Shown: piece by piece, positions 1 to 9,280 of the stretch | How positions within the stretch are numbered: the first letter of the stretch is position 1 | Layout of the letters: each line of letters starts with the position of its first letter | Assembly (NCBI GenBank): GCA_050012755.1 | Contig: JBEKGO010000023.1 | Span: 1-40,880, forward strand | Direction of reading: 5' to 3' | DNA from: Candidatus Bathyarchaeia archaeon | GTDB taxonomy: Archaea > Thermoproteota > Bathyarchaeia > Bathyarchaeales > Bathycorpusculaceae | Length of the DNA stretch: 40,880 bases | Translations under genes and position numbers: made by a program | The notes under the pieces: model-generated | Seen by the model: the letters and a program-made list of their open reading frames with translations, nothing else | Told to the model about the DNA's origin: nothing | Database searches by the model: none

Positions 1-97
1 AGGCGGCGCAGAAAAAGAAGGTTTTGCCGTTGTAATCGGATTTGAATTTTGCTTTTTTCTCGTCAACCATCATTCCGCAAATCGGATCTTTAGCCAT
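1..97 (-). CDS. YHS/TRASH-domain small metal-binding protein (putative Cu chaperone), truncated by the window edge
   Basis: Hand translation: MAKDPICGMMVDEKKAKFKSDYNGKTFFFCAA..., with the DPxCGM...FC YHS/TRASH signature. SD-like GAGGTGA upstream; alternative in-frame ATG at 103. Lies directly downstream of copA. Not in the ORF track. Confidence 0.9.
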   Translation of the reverse strand, partial: MAKDPICGMMVDEKKAKFKSDYNGKTFFFCAA

Positions 98-122
98 ATT
101 CATTTTCACCTCACAAGACATT

Positions 123-2234
123 TTACTGATTTACTTTGCTTGATTTAAACTTAGCCAACTTGAGCAGCGCCGAATTGCTGACCACGGTTAGGCTGCTTAT
201 TGCCATTGCTCCAGCCGCATACATTGGATTTAGCAGGCCTGCGGCGGCTATTGGAATCATGACCACATTGTAAGCGAAGGCCCAAAACAGATTGGTGTCG
301 ATTTTGCGCATTGTCTTTTTGCTTAGTTCAATGCCAAGGGCTACATCTCGTAAATCATCTTTTATTAGCACAATTCCGCCTGTTTCTTTGGCAATGTCGG
401 TTCCGCTTCCAATTGCAATGCCGATGTCGGCTTGAGCCAACGCTGGCGCATCGTTTATTCCGTCACCAACCATCGCAACGATTTTTCCTTCACTCTGCAG
501 TTGCTTGATAACTTCTGATTTTTGCCACGGTAGAACATTCGCAATAACCTTTGTAATGCCTAATTGGTTGGCAATTGCATTAGCAGTTCGTTCATTGTCC
601 CCTGTGAGCATTACAACTTCCAAATTCATGTCCTTCAATTGCTGAACAGCTTCGGCGGCGCTCTCTTTTACGGTGTCCATGGCTGCAATCAATCCGACAC
701 CTTGGCCACCGACGGCTAGTATCATAACGGTTTTTCCTTGTGTTTCAAGCGCTGTAAGGTCAGCTTCTACCTCGTTGATGGAGACGTTTTTTTCCTGCAT
801 CAACTTGCGGTTTCCCAACAGCACAGCTTTTCCTTCGACAGTACATTGGACGCCTCTGCCGGGTAAAGCCTCAAAGCTGTCTGATTCAGGGATTGTGACT
901 TTTTCAGCTTCAGCTTTGGTGACTATAGCTGCTGCCAAGGGATGCTCTGAGCTCTTCTCAGCTGCACCTGCATAGTGCAATACGCTTTGTTCTGTGTAGT
1001 TGCTGTAGGTTTTGATGTCGGTTACGCTTGGTTCTCCCTTCGTCAAGGTGCCTGTTTTGTCGAATATGACGGTTGTTAATTTTCTTGCTTTTTCAACATA
1101 TTCTCCACTTCGAAGAAGTACGCCATATTCTGCACCTTTCCCTACACCTGCGAGAATAGCTGTCGGAGTAGCTATGCCTAGAGCGCACGGGCAAGAAATT
1201 AAAATAACAGCCAAGAGCGCTAAAAATGCTGTTGCGAAGTTGCCGCTTACTACAAACCAATATGCAAACGAAATTGTTGCAACAGATAAAATAATGGGAA
1301 CAAACCATTTGACAATTCGGTCAGCGAATCTTTGGACTGGAGCACTCGAGGCCTGGGCTTCTTCAACAAGATGAACTATTTGTGCCAAAGCAGTTTCGCT
1401 GCTGACTTTTGTGGCTTTGATAGTTAGGAGCCCTGTTTTGTTGATTGTCGCCCCGATTACTTCGCTTCCGACAGTCTTTTCGACAGGGATGCTTTCACCA
1501 GTAAGAAGTTTCTCATCAACTGACGAGTAACCTGCAGTTACGGTGCCGTCGATGGGGATCTTTTCGCCCGGCTTAACAATGACTATGTCGTCAACCTGGA
1601 CTTGATCTATGGATGTGTCGGTTTCTTTTCCATCTTTGACGACTCTAGCCATTGTTGGTTGAAGTTCGAGAAGTTTTCGTATTGAAGCGGCGGATCGGCG
1701 TCGAATTAATTCTTCGATGTATCTTCCCAGCAGGACGAAAGCTAAGATTCCGATGGCTACTTCCATGTACCCTGTGCCTGGTTGCGAGGTCGTTGGCAGA
1801 AGAAAAACGCTTATGACTCCGTAAATCCAGCCCGCAAGAACTCCGACAGTTACGAGAACATCCATGTTGATATTGCGGTTTCTGAGCGACTGATAAGCTC
1901 CCTTGTATATTCTGTAACCGGCTATCCAAACAATAGGAGTTGACACGATAAATATGGCTATATCATAAATTCTTAGCCCCCCGACAACGTCAAGATACAT
2001 TATTGCGCTGATAAGTCCAAACAGAACTAGTACTTTCAAGGTAAGTGCGGCTACTGCTCCGGCTAAAGTGAAGCTGACTCTTCGTTGCATCGCTTTAAGC
2101 TCGCGTTCTGGTGCGGTGTAGACGTCGAGGCATTGTTGGCTGCAGAAGTAGTAGGTTCGGTCGCCTATTTTGGCGTGTAATGCTGTTTCTGTGTCTACAT
2201 CCATTCCGCATACGGGGTCTCTTACTGTCACCAT
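123..2234 (-). CDS. copA: Cu(I)-translocating P1B-type ATPase with N-terminal YHS/TRASH domain
   Basis: DPVCGM...YYFCS N-terminus, [24 protein letters not shown], and the YN and MxxSS transmembrane motifs of P1B-1 ATPases. Confidence 0.95.
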   Translation of the reverse strand: MVTVRDPVCGMDVDTETALHAKIGDRTYYFCSQQCLDVYTAPERELKAMQRRVSFTLAGAVAALTLKVLVLFGLISAIMYLDVVGGLRIYDIAIFIVSTPIVWIAGYRIYKGAYQSLRNRNINMDVLVTVGVLAGWIYGVISVFLLPTTSQPGTGYMEVAIGILAFVLLGRYIEELIRRRSAASIRKLLELQPTMARVVKDGKETDTSIDQVQVDDIVIVKPGEKIPIDGTVTAGYSSVDEKLLTGESIPVEKTVGSEVIGATINKTGLLTIKATKVSSETALAQIVHLVEEAQASSAPVQRFADRIVKWFVPIILSVATISFAYWFVVSGNFATAFLALLAVILISCPCALGIATPTAILAGVGKGAEYGVLLRSGEYVEKARKLTTVIFDKTGTLTKGEPSVTDIKTYSNYTEQSVLHYAGAAEKSSEHPLAAAIVTKAEAEKVTIPESDSFEALPGRGVQCTVEGKAVLLGNRKLMQEKNVSINEVEADLTALETQGKTVMILAVGGQGVGLIAAMDTVKESAAEAVQQLKDMNLEVVMLTGDNERTANAIANQLGITKVIANVLPWQKSEVIKQLQSEGKIVAMVGDGINDAPALAQADIGIAIGSGTDIAKETGGIVLIKDDLRDVALGIELSKKTMRKIDTNLFWAFAYNVVMIPIAAAGLLNPMYAAGAMAISSLTVVSNSALLKLAKFKSSKVNQ

Positions 2235-2284
2235 GAATGTTCGCTCTTTTTCTTGGTTAATGCAATTATTTTAGGGTTTTATGG

Positions 2285-2291
2285 ATATAAA
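2285..2291 (-). promoter_or_regulatory. Putative TATA box for copA
   Basis: TTTATAT on the minus strand about 50 nt upstream of the ATG. Confidence 0.45.
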
Positions 2292-2510
2292 TGTGTCTGA
2301 ATAAGATATATCTTTTAATCAATCATAAACCCAAAATCAAAGTGCCCCAGCGACTGCGAATGCAGGACAAACAAACCTTAAAAACAATTCATTGTGTGAC
2401 AATTTTCGTTTATTCATTTTTTTCAACATTATAGTTTGAAGACACCACAATGAATAAGTGTGTTTACTGGCAATTGTACTTGAGCGAATTAGCTTGGCTT
2501 AGTGAGAGGT

Positions 2511-2786
2511 TTACTCTAACCGTTTGATTATGTGGTACCCAAACTTTGTCTTAACAGGTTCAGAAGTTTGTCCTTTCTCAAGCGCAAAGGCAGCCTTCTC
2601 AAATTCTTTAACCATCTTCCCCCTTGAAAAAGTGCCGAGGTCCCCGCTGTTCTTTGAAGATGGACAAAGTGAAACATTTTTGGCTATTGAGCCGAATTTT
2701 TCGCCTTTATCAAGTCGAGTTTTAATGTTTTTGGCTTCTGTCTCTGTTTTGACTAGAATGTGTGCACAGTGAATTTTATCTGCCAT
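2511..2786 (-). CDS. ppiC: Parvulin-type peptidyl-prolyl cis-trans isomerase
   Basis: HILVK, SLCPS...GDLG, MVKEFE and VKTKFGYHII motifs in a 91-aa single domain. Confidence 0.95.
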   Translation of the reverse strand: MADKIHCAHILVKTETEAKNIKTRLDKGEKFGSIAKNVSLCPSSKNSGDLGTFSRGKMVKEFEKAAFALEKGQTSEPVKTKFGYHIIKRLE

Positions 2787-3280
2787 AAACGCAATTAAAA
2801 ATCATCTTTGGGATATATCTTTTACTTACGATAACGCGGAGAAATTACGCTAAAAAGTCTTCGGCGGCTAATTTTAGCGAAATATTTCAATGGATTTGAT
2901 GAAAAGGCAGAATTGAATCATCGAATTCTGCTGTGCAAGCCACCCAAAAATTACATGAAAGTGTTAAATTGTCTCGCGACGATTTTTTCATCACTTCGAA
3001 GTTCGAAGTGGGTGCCAACATAATTGTTATAACAAAAGCAGCCAATACTTTGCATATGCCTAACACTATTCCGCTCAAAAATATAGAAGAAGAACAGAAA
3101 ACTGATCGTTATACAGTTCAGCAAATCGCAAAAATTATGCAATTCTTAAGAAATATAGAAGATTAACATTTCTAGTCTAAAAATAGCAATTAGTGACCAA
3201 GAATTTTTGACTTAATAAAGAAGGGGTTAATCTCTCAGCTCGATGAGAGAAATGTTTGCGCAATTCAATATAAGCTTGAT

Positions 3281-3460
3281 TTACTCGATTACCTGAATTG
3301 CACCCTCAGGACATTGAGCTTCGCATGCTCTGCAGACCAAACATTCACTAACTTTGCTTGGTACAGATTTGCCATCTTTGATTTCATATACGCCTACAGG
3401 GCAAGTGTTCACGCATGTTTCGCATCCGGTGCATTTGGGGTCAACAACTATTTTTACCAT
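3281..3460 (-). CDS. 2x[4Fe-4S] ferredoxin, 59 aa
   Basis: Hand translation: MVKIVVDPKCTGCETCVNTCPVGVYEIKDGKSVPSKVSECLVCRACEAQCPEGAIQVIE*, with two CxxCxxCxxxCP motifs and SD GAGGT. Not in the ORF track. Confidence 0.95.
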   Translation of the reverse strand: MVKIVVDPKCTGCETCVNTCPVGVYEIKDGKSVPSKVSECLVCRACEAQCPEGAIQVIE

Positions 3461-3520
3461 TTTGTTTACCTCTGATTTTTATTGAAAAGCTATTGAGTAA
3501 AATAAAAGGGTTTAGGTTTT

Positions 3521-5338
3521 CTAACGGGTTTTTTCACGTAATCTAAGTAGAATTCCATTTATGGTCGATTCGGCTTTGTCTCTGCGTTTCTGGTAATCTC
3601 CAATGTTTTTCTTGTAAGTTTCAATAGATATTTCGCCTGTGCTTTGGCCTGTTTCAAGTTTTCTGATGTTTTGTTCGGCGTCTGATAGGTCTTCTTCAGC
3701 AGAATCGAGCTGTTTAACCAAATCTGCGTAATTGCTTGAGCTTCGTAATGCAGCTTTTACTTTGTTTATATTTCGGGCTATTGTTTCTAATCGAATCTCA
3801 ATAGCTCTGCGTTGAACCTTGTATTGCCGTCTTGGAATCTTCCCTTTTTGTGCTCTAGCATCCATTGCCTTCAATTCATTATTCAATTGTTTCTTTTCTT
3901 CGTAGGCATCAGTGAATTCTTTGAGGTTTTCAGATGTAATAGCTTGACCAGTTACACGCTGAACTTCTTCCGCCTTTTGAGCTGGTGCGCTCGGTTTCTG
4001 TTTTGAAATATGCCTTTCTGCCTTAGACATTACGGGTTCTTTTTCGCTTGGCTTTCTTCTTGTATAGAAAACGGCAACTACGCATCCAATCGCTCCTAAT
4101 AGAGCACCCCAAAAGGTAGGTCTAAAAGAAGCCCAAACTGGATTATAATCGTAGGAAAATTGAATTGTATTGCTTTCGGGGCTGCTGTAGTCCACGTAGC
4201 TAATGCCCTCTCTGGTCATTGTGAGACTATCTTGGAAGGTGCTCCTTGTTATTGTTGAAGATGAGTCAAGAGATGAAAGCTGGGGAGTTACTATGTTCGC
4301 TCCTTCAGGTGGAGTGAATGTGATAGTTGCTTGTTCAACATAGTAGGAGAAATATGAGAAAAGCTTGAAGTTATTTAAGATAAATTGTGAGCTTTGAATG
4401 GTTGCGCTTGGTAAATTGTAGTTTATTGTGAAAGACGTAGATTGACTGCTTGATAAGATTGATATCATCGTGGCGTTGGCTAGAAAAATGTCGGAGGTGT
4501 TGCCGCTGCTAGTGGTGGTTGCTAATGCTCTGCCAAATTCATCCTTCACAACTATGCTTGTTGCCTTGCTTGGTAAACCAAAAACAAAAGAAGATATTGC
4601 TAATACCCCATTGTTTGTCATATGGTAACTATCAACCGCTGAAACTTTACCGGATGGGTCAACGTTTATTTGACGGGTTAACTGGTCAATCGTAGTTAAG
4701 TGGAAGTCTCCTGGAGAAACTTGAAAGGTTGCAGTCGCTGCTGAATAAGTGTATGCGGCTAAGTTTTGTGTAATATAGTTTGTTTCGTTTGTTACTCCAT
4801 CATTTTTGGTAATTGTTAAATTTCCAGAAGTAGCTGGAAGAGTTAAGGTTACATTTGCGCTAGCTACATTTTGGGTGAGGCTTGGGTAAGCAGGAAAATT
4901 AAGACTGTAATTGCCACCAGTTAAATCAGTAATAAGACTGTTAGATAGCACAAACGCGACTGTGAAAACGCTGGGGGAGTTACCGTTAAAGTTTACTTGT
5001 ACACCGTAAAATCCGCTCTGATCTCCTAATGGGGTTCCCACATTTACGGAGTACACATTGTTTGAGTCGTACGCTACAACTTTGAGGACATCAGTACTAT
5101 ATAGAGCGGGTAATCCAATCGGAAAGCCGTCTGTAACACTCCCAGAAACATGAATTGTATCTCGAACAACAACCTGTCCCGAATACATTACCTCAATCGA
5201 GTGATCAACCTTATCGATGCTGTAACCTGTGCTTTGAGCAGAAACCGTTCCTGAAGGTAAAACCATCGGCAAGAAAACTAGTAAAAAGAAAACTGTTATC
5301 ATGAATACTGCATGCACTCGTTTCACTGAATTCACCAA
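3521..5338 (-). CDS. Ribophorin I (RPN1/Ost1)-like type I membrane protein
   Basis: Signal peptide, beta-rich extracellular region with RPN1-like motifs (LTRQINVDPSGKV, VKDEFG, YNLPS, PPEGA), one TM helix (FWGALLGAIGCVVAVFY) and a cytoplasmic coiled-coil C-terminus. Confidence 0.7.
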   Translation of the reverse strand: MVNSVKRVHAVFMITVFFLLVFLPMVLPSGTVSAQSTGYSIDKVDHSIEVMYSGQVVVRDTIHVSGSVTDGFPIGLPALYSTDVLKVVAYDSNNVYSVNVGTPLGDQSGFYGVQVNFNGNSPSVFTVAFVLSNSLITDLTGGNYSLNFPAYPSLTQNVASANVTLTLPATSGNLTITKNDGVTNETNYITQNLAAYTYSAATATFQVSPGDFHLTTIDQLTRQINVDPSGKVSAVDSYHMTNNGVLAISSFVFGLPSKATSIVVKDEFGRALATTTSSGNTSDIFLANATMISILSSSQSTSFTINYNLPSATIQSSQFILNNFKLFSYFSYYVEQATITFTPPEGANIVTPQLSSLDSSSTITRSTFQDSLTMTREGISYVDYSSPESNTIQFSYDYNPVWASFRPTFWGALLGAIGCVVAVFYTRRKPSEKEPVMSKAERHISKQKPSAPAQKAEEVQRVTGQAITSENLKEFTDAYEEKKQLNNELKAMDARAQKGKIPRRQYKVQRRAIEIRLETIARNINKVKAALRSSSNYADLVKQLDSAEEDLSDAEQNIRKLETGQSTGEISIETYKKNIGDYQKRRDKAESTINGILLRLREKTR

Positions 5339-5717
5339 GTCAAGTTTCTTTTATGTTGTGTTCCCTTATTTATTTACTTTACAGTAATCAACGGTGTATT
5401 TAGGCTTAAGCTTGAAGGCAGATACGTCGATCATTTTAGAATTTTTTTTAGAAATTGTTTTGCTGGCTGTCGTTTTCTTTTTTTTCCAGTGACCGAGGTA
5501 TAGGTCAAAATATATACATTTTGTCAGTACATTTGTATATACAGTCGGCTACTAAACATTTTTTCTAAGTAAAACAACAGCAATTGTTGGTAACACAAGA
5601 TGTTGTTCTTCTCTAATAGAAGAAGGAGGAAGGCTGAAAATAGCACATCCTACTTCTACCACTTGCAGTAAAGTTTCTTTGAAAGAAGAAAAGAGGATAA
5701 CTGCAGGCAGCACCGCG

Positions 5718-5743
5718 TCTTCTTCTAAGCTTCTGGAAGAAGA
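5718..5743. terminator. 10-bp stem-loop downstream of pcc1 (possible terminator or RNA structure)
   Basis: TCTTCTTCTA-AGCTTC-TGGAAGAAGA, with one G-U pair. Confidence 0.3.
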
Positions 5744-5762
5744 GACTAGATCTATTTTGTAG

Positions 5763-6011
5763 TTATCTCATTTTGTTTATAGTGAGAAGAGTTTTTTCGG
5801 CGGTTGATGCGCTAAAAAGCAAATCATCTATAGTGGCAATAAACGTGGAACGTTTGCTTTCACAAGTAATATGAGAAATCACTTTATTATTTTCTAATAT
5901 CGTTTCAACATTCAAACCAATTGGTGTTTTGAAGTTATCCGGAGAAATAGAATTGCTAATTGCTTCTGCCGTTTTCTGGTCGGCATACTCAAGAGTGATT
6001 TTCGCTTCCAG
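5763..6011 (-). CDS. pcc1: KEOPS complex subunit Pcc1, 82 aa, CTG start
   Basis: Hand translation: (M)EAKITLEYADQKTAEAISNSISPDNFKTP...STFIATIDDLLFSASTAEKTL..., a Pcc1 pattern in the conserved position after rps15-GAN. Overlaps the 3' end of GAN. Not in the ORF track. Confidence 0.85.
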   Translation of the reverse strand: MEAKITLEYADQKTAEAISNSISPDNFKTPIGLNVETILENNKVISHITCESKRSTFIATIDDLLFSASTAEKTLLTINKMR

Positions 6012-7461
6012 ACTTCTCGCCTCTCAACTGTTTGCCTACAAGGTCATCTACAGTTTTAATGAATTCTTCAATCTTGTCCAACGGAACCTGTGCACCTGCC
6101 GCAATGTTGTGTCCTCCGCCTTTGCCACCGTGCGCTTCAGAAGCATTCCTCATCACTTCGCCTAGGTTGACTCCTTTACGGATTGCAGCTTCTGTTGTTC
6201 TTGACGAGAATTTGGCGGCGTTTTCTTTTTCAACATTCGCGAAAGCAATCAGTGGTTTTTCATTGTTAACCAAGGTTGAGACGATTATTGAAGAGACGGT
6301 TCCGACAATTTTTTCGTTGATGAAGTTCTCTCCATAAATGACATAGATGTTTTGGAATTCTCGCATTCGTTCGGGTTTTTCGTTTACCCAGATTAGATAT
6401 TTGTTTATGCTTTTGCGGTAATCTTCCAATATTTTGTTTGCTTCGTCAAGGGCTGACTTGCGGTCGCCCATGCAAATAGCGATGCCTAAGCTTGGCCTCT
6501 CCATGCGTCCCGTTGAGTTCAATACAACCGCGAATTCCCTTGCATCACGTAGCGCCGTGTTTGGTTCTTCTTTGGTTAAAACGTAAATGTATCCAATGAG
6601 GTTCTCAACTTGCATGTGCAATCCTTTAGACAACAAGTGGTCAGCCAAAGCAGAGCAAAGCCGCTTTTTTTCTTCTTCGTTTAAATCCCGAAGCGCACGC
6701 CACTTCTCACCCTGTTTGATGGGTATGTCAAGGCTTGCAAGAAATGCCAAGGCTTTGTCTTCTTCGCCACTTAAACCTGGAATAAATGGGTTAGTGGTAG
6801 TTGACAATGTCCTGTATATTGGTCTGGTTTCTCTGCCGAAAAAAGTTAGGTCTTTTTCAACTTTAAGCAATCCAGCGGCGACGCCGTCGTTAACTATGAT
6901 TTCATTTAGGCAGCACAGACTTCTCTGTTCATACTTATCTTGCATATCACCTAAAGCGCCGACCAACGCAACAGGCGCCAAATCAACATTCGCCCTGTTT
7001 ACGGCTTTAGCTACAAAGTAAGCGATGCCTGAACCGCTCACATCACTGGCTCCATCAATGCCGAACAGATGAGGGTTTACCTGAACAAAATTCGGATTAT
7101 TTGAAGTGCCATTTATTTGGTGATGGTCAAGAATTAGAACTTTCAAATTAGGAATTTTTTCATTCAAAATGTCGAGGTAGCCGCTTCCAAAATCAGTTAG
7201 AATAAGGAGTTGAGGTTTGTCAACACTTATTTGGTCGACTATTTTTTCATCAAGTTGCTGAGTAATCCTAATTCTAAACCTCGCATCGAGACGGAAGAGT
7301 GTTTTCCCAATTACCCCTGCCGCTGCAACTCCATCGGCATCCAAATGTGAAAAGCAATGAATGAAACCATCTTTTTGGATTGTTTCAAGAATCACTTTTG
7401 CTGCTTCTGTCGCAGAAGTCAGGAACCGTTCAATAGACGCTTGTTGCTCAGCCATGCGCAT
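5989..7461 (-). CDS. RecJ/Cdc45-like DHH phosphoesterase (GAN-type)
   Basis: HLDADG, TDFGS, LDHH, GDMQD and the DHHA1 motif GGGHNIAAGA; located between rps15 and pcc1 like Thermococcales GAN. Confidence 0.9.
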   Translation of the reverse strand: MRMAEQQASIERFLTSATEAAKVILETIQKDGFIHCFSHLDADGVAAAGVIGKTLFRLDARFRIRITQQLDEKIVDQISVDKPQLLILTDFGSGYLDILNEKIPNLKVLILDHHQINGTSNNPNFVQVNPHLFGIDGASDVSGSGIAYFVAKAVNRANVDLAPVALVGALGDMQDKYEQRSLCCLNEIIVNDGVAAGLLKVEKDLTFFGRETRPIYRTLSTTTNPFIPGLSGEEDKALAFLASLDIPIKQGEKWRALRDLNEEEKKRLCSALADHLLSKGLHMQVENLIGYIYVLTKEEPNTALRDAREFAVVLNSTGRMERPSLGIAICMGDRKSALDEANKILEDYRKSINKYLIWVNEKPERMREFQNIYVIYGENFINEKIVGTVSSIIVSTLVNNEKPLIAFANVEKENAAKFSSRTTEAAIRKGVNLGEVMRNASEAHGGKGGGHNIAAGAQVPLDKIEEFIKTVDDLVGKQLRGEKSGSENHS

Positions 7462-7549
7462 TTCACTCTTTGGCTAAAAGGTGCCTGATCAGATTTAAAG
7501 CTGGCGCATTAGTTAAGAAAATAAAGCTTAAAACGAAAAGAAAGAATGT

Positions 7550-7990
7550 TTAGGTTACGGAAGCGATTTTTGCTTCGTACTTCCAGTTCTTAGCTAAGAC
7601 GCCTTCACGTTTATAGTATCGTGAGAGCTTGTGGATTCTTGCTTCGATAATTTGCATGTTGCGTTTGTTGTGTAGGTCTTTTTTGTTTTTGTCCATGTGA
7701 ACGGCGAGGCTTTGTGCTTTCTTCATAAGGTTTGACAAGTCTTCAGGCATGGTTGATGCTAAGTTTGCTTCTTTAAGAACGTCGCTTATGCTTTTACCAA
7801 CAATAGGCTTCACCAGCGGAATTGCGTATTGATCCCTAAGGATGGTGCCTATGCTGCTCATTGAATGACCTTCTTTGGCCAATTTTATAATGAATGATTC
7901 TACTTCTTCAGGCTGATATTTGCACCAGCTTGGAGGACGCCTGCTGACTGGACGCATCGAATGTGATTTTCCTTTTTCTTGCTTTGGCAT
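7550..7990 (-). CDS. rps15: 30S ribosomal protein uS15 (S15P/S13e)
   Basis: GKSHSMRP, IGTILRDQY, PEDL, KDLHNKR...IEARIHKLSRYYK. Confidence 0.97.
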   Translation of the reverse strand: MPKQEKGKSHSMRPVSRRPPSWCKYQPEEVESFIIKLAKEGHSMSSIGTILRDQYAIPLVKPIVGKSISDVLKEANLASTMPEDLSNLMKKAQSLAVHMDKNKKDLHNKRNMQIIEARIHKLSRYYKREGVLAKNWKYEAKIASVT

Positions 7991-8087
7991 TGTTACACCT
8001 TAAACTGCACCTAAACCATAGTCAACGAATATTTAAAAGTAATGCCCTTACATGAAAAATCGAATTTCACACTTAATTTTTTTTGGG

Positions 8088-8591
8088 TTATCTGCTGGCA
8101 GATTTCGCAACAAGGTAAACGGTGAAACGGGCAATCATCGATATTCCTAATACTAAAAGTAACCCTGTCCAGAACTCAAACCAACCGTTAAGTGTACCTG
8201 CTAGCAGATACACGTTTGCGACAACAGCGCCGCCCAACCAAAATACTAAGTTGCCGATAGTTTCAGATATCCGTCTGATAGGCGACCGAATCCCCATTCT
8301 AAGAGCCAAGACCAATATCTCTAACATTCCTACCGCCAAAAAGAATTCCATTATGGCTCTAAAGAACGCGATGTGCTCTTCGGGATGAGCCGGAGCAACC
8401 AGATTTAACATATTTGAGCCTCCCAAGCTATAGGTTACTGTTGTCAAATCGTTGAAAAACACACTGGTCTTCTGTGAGATGTCTGGCGTGAATGCAATTA
8501 CGAAGCCTAATATGATAAAGACGCCTGCCACTGAGAAGGCAGTAACTAAGGGCTCATATAGAGACCTATGTCTTGTGACGTTTTCCGTCAT
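8088..8591 (-). CDS. Hypothetical multi-pass membrane protein (about 4 TM)
   Basis: Hydrophobic segments throughout. The ATG at 8591 (MTENV) is preferred over the track start at 8687, which overlaps rdgB. Confidence 0.75.
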   Translation of the reverse strand: MTENVTRHRSLYEPLVTAFSVAGVFIILGFVIAFTPDISQKTSVFFNDLTTVTYSLGGSNMLNLVAPAHPEEHIAFFRAIMEFFLAVGMLEILVLALRMGIRSPIRRISETIGNLVFWLGGAVVANVYLLAGTLNGWFEFWTGLLLVLGISMIARFTVYLVAKSASR

Positions 8592-8644
8592 AATATACCT
8601 CGCTCCATTTTCTCTTATACAAGGTAGGTCAATATAACATTTTT

Positions 8645-9280
8645 TTATTGCTTGATTGAAGTCTTTAGGTTTGCTGTCTGGTACCATTTGGCAAATTTTC
8701 TTAATGCCATTGCTCTATGCGAAAAGTTATTCTTTTCGGGAATAGTCATTTCTGCAAATGCCTTCTCGTTCCCTATGGGTTGGAAAATTGGGTCGAAGCC
8801 AAAAGAGGTTTTTCCCTGAGGTTTGCGTTCTGTCTGGGTTATTCTTCCTTTTGATTCGCCCCAGAAACATTTTGGTTCACAAAGAGTCTTGTCACGGTAA
8901 GCTATAACTGACTGGAATTTGGCGTGCCTATCGGTTATATTCTCCATGAGTTTGAGTAAACCGCTATTATGAATTGTCTTGTAAACGTATGCTGCGTATG
9001 GACCGGGAAAGCCGCTTAACGCATTAATGAATAAGCCTGCGTCTTCTACAAAAATAGGCAATTTTGTGCGATTGTACACGTTTGTGACTGCCGCCTCTGC
9101 GATTTCTTCTAAGCTGTCGCTTTGTATCTCGTCTCCCTTCATGCGTAGCATTCCGAGTGAAATGCCGTACGGGCTAAGGATGCTGCGGGCTTCATTGAAT
9201 TTGTTAATGTTGCCTGTCGCGAAAAGGATGACTTTGCCATTAAGATTGCAGTTTTGGTTATTGTTTTCTTTCTTCGACAT
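8645..9280 (-). CDS. rdgB: Non-canonical purine NTP pyrophosphatase (RdgB/HAM1)
   Basis: FATGNINK, VEDAGL, GFPGPY, FGFDPIF, EKNNFSHR. Confidence 0.96.
   Translation of the reverse strand: MSKKENNNQNCNLNGKVILFATGNINKFNEARSILSPYGISLGMLRMKGDEIQSDSLEEIAEAAVTNVYNRTKLPIFVEDAGLFINALSGFPGPYAAYVYKTIHNSGLLKLMENITDRHAKFQSVIAYRDKTLCEPKCFWGESKGRITQTERKPQGKTSFGFDPIFQPIGNEKAFAEMTIPEKNNFSHRAMALRKFAKWYQTANLKTSIKQ

Noticed and set aside
311-1929. Alternative-frame and antisense ORFs within copA (and similar ones inside GAN, cdc48, glmS, proS and aor)
   Set aside because: Shadow ORFs of well-supported genes.
2338-2430. 30-codon minus-strand ORF (MLKKMNKRKLSHNELFLRFVCPAFAVAGAL) upstream of copA
   Set aside because: No recognisable motif or SD; ORFs of this length arise by chance.
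2848-3166. Hairpin CGCTAAAA...TTTTAGCG and three overlapping short ORFs (2887-3078, 2933-3166, 2951-3142)
   Set aside because: No family resemblance, and the ORFs overlap each other. It could be a decayed gene, but I cannot support a call.
5929-6165. 78-aa plus-strand ORF
   Set aside because: Antisense to pcc1 and GAN.
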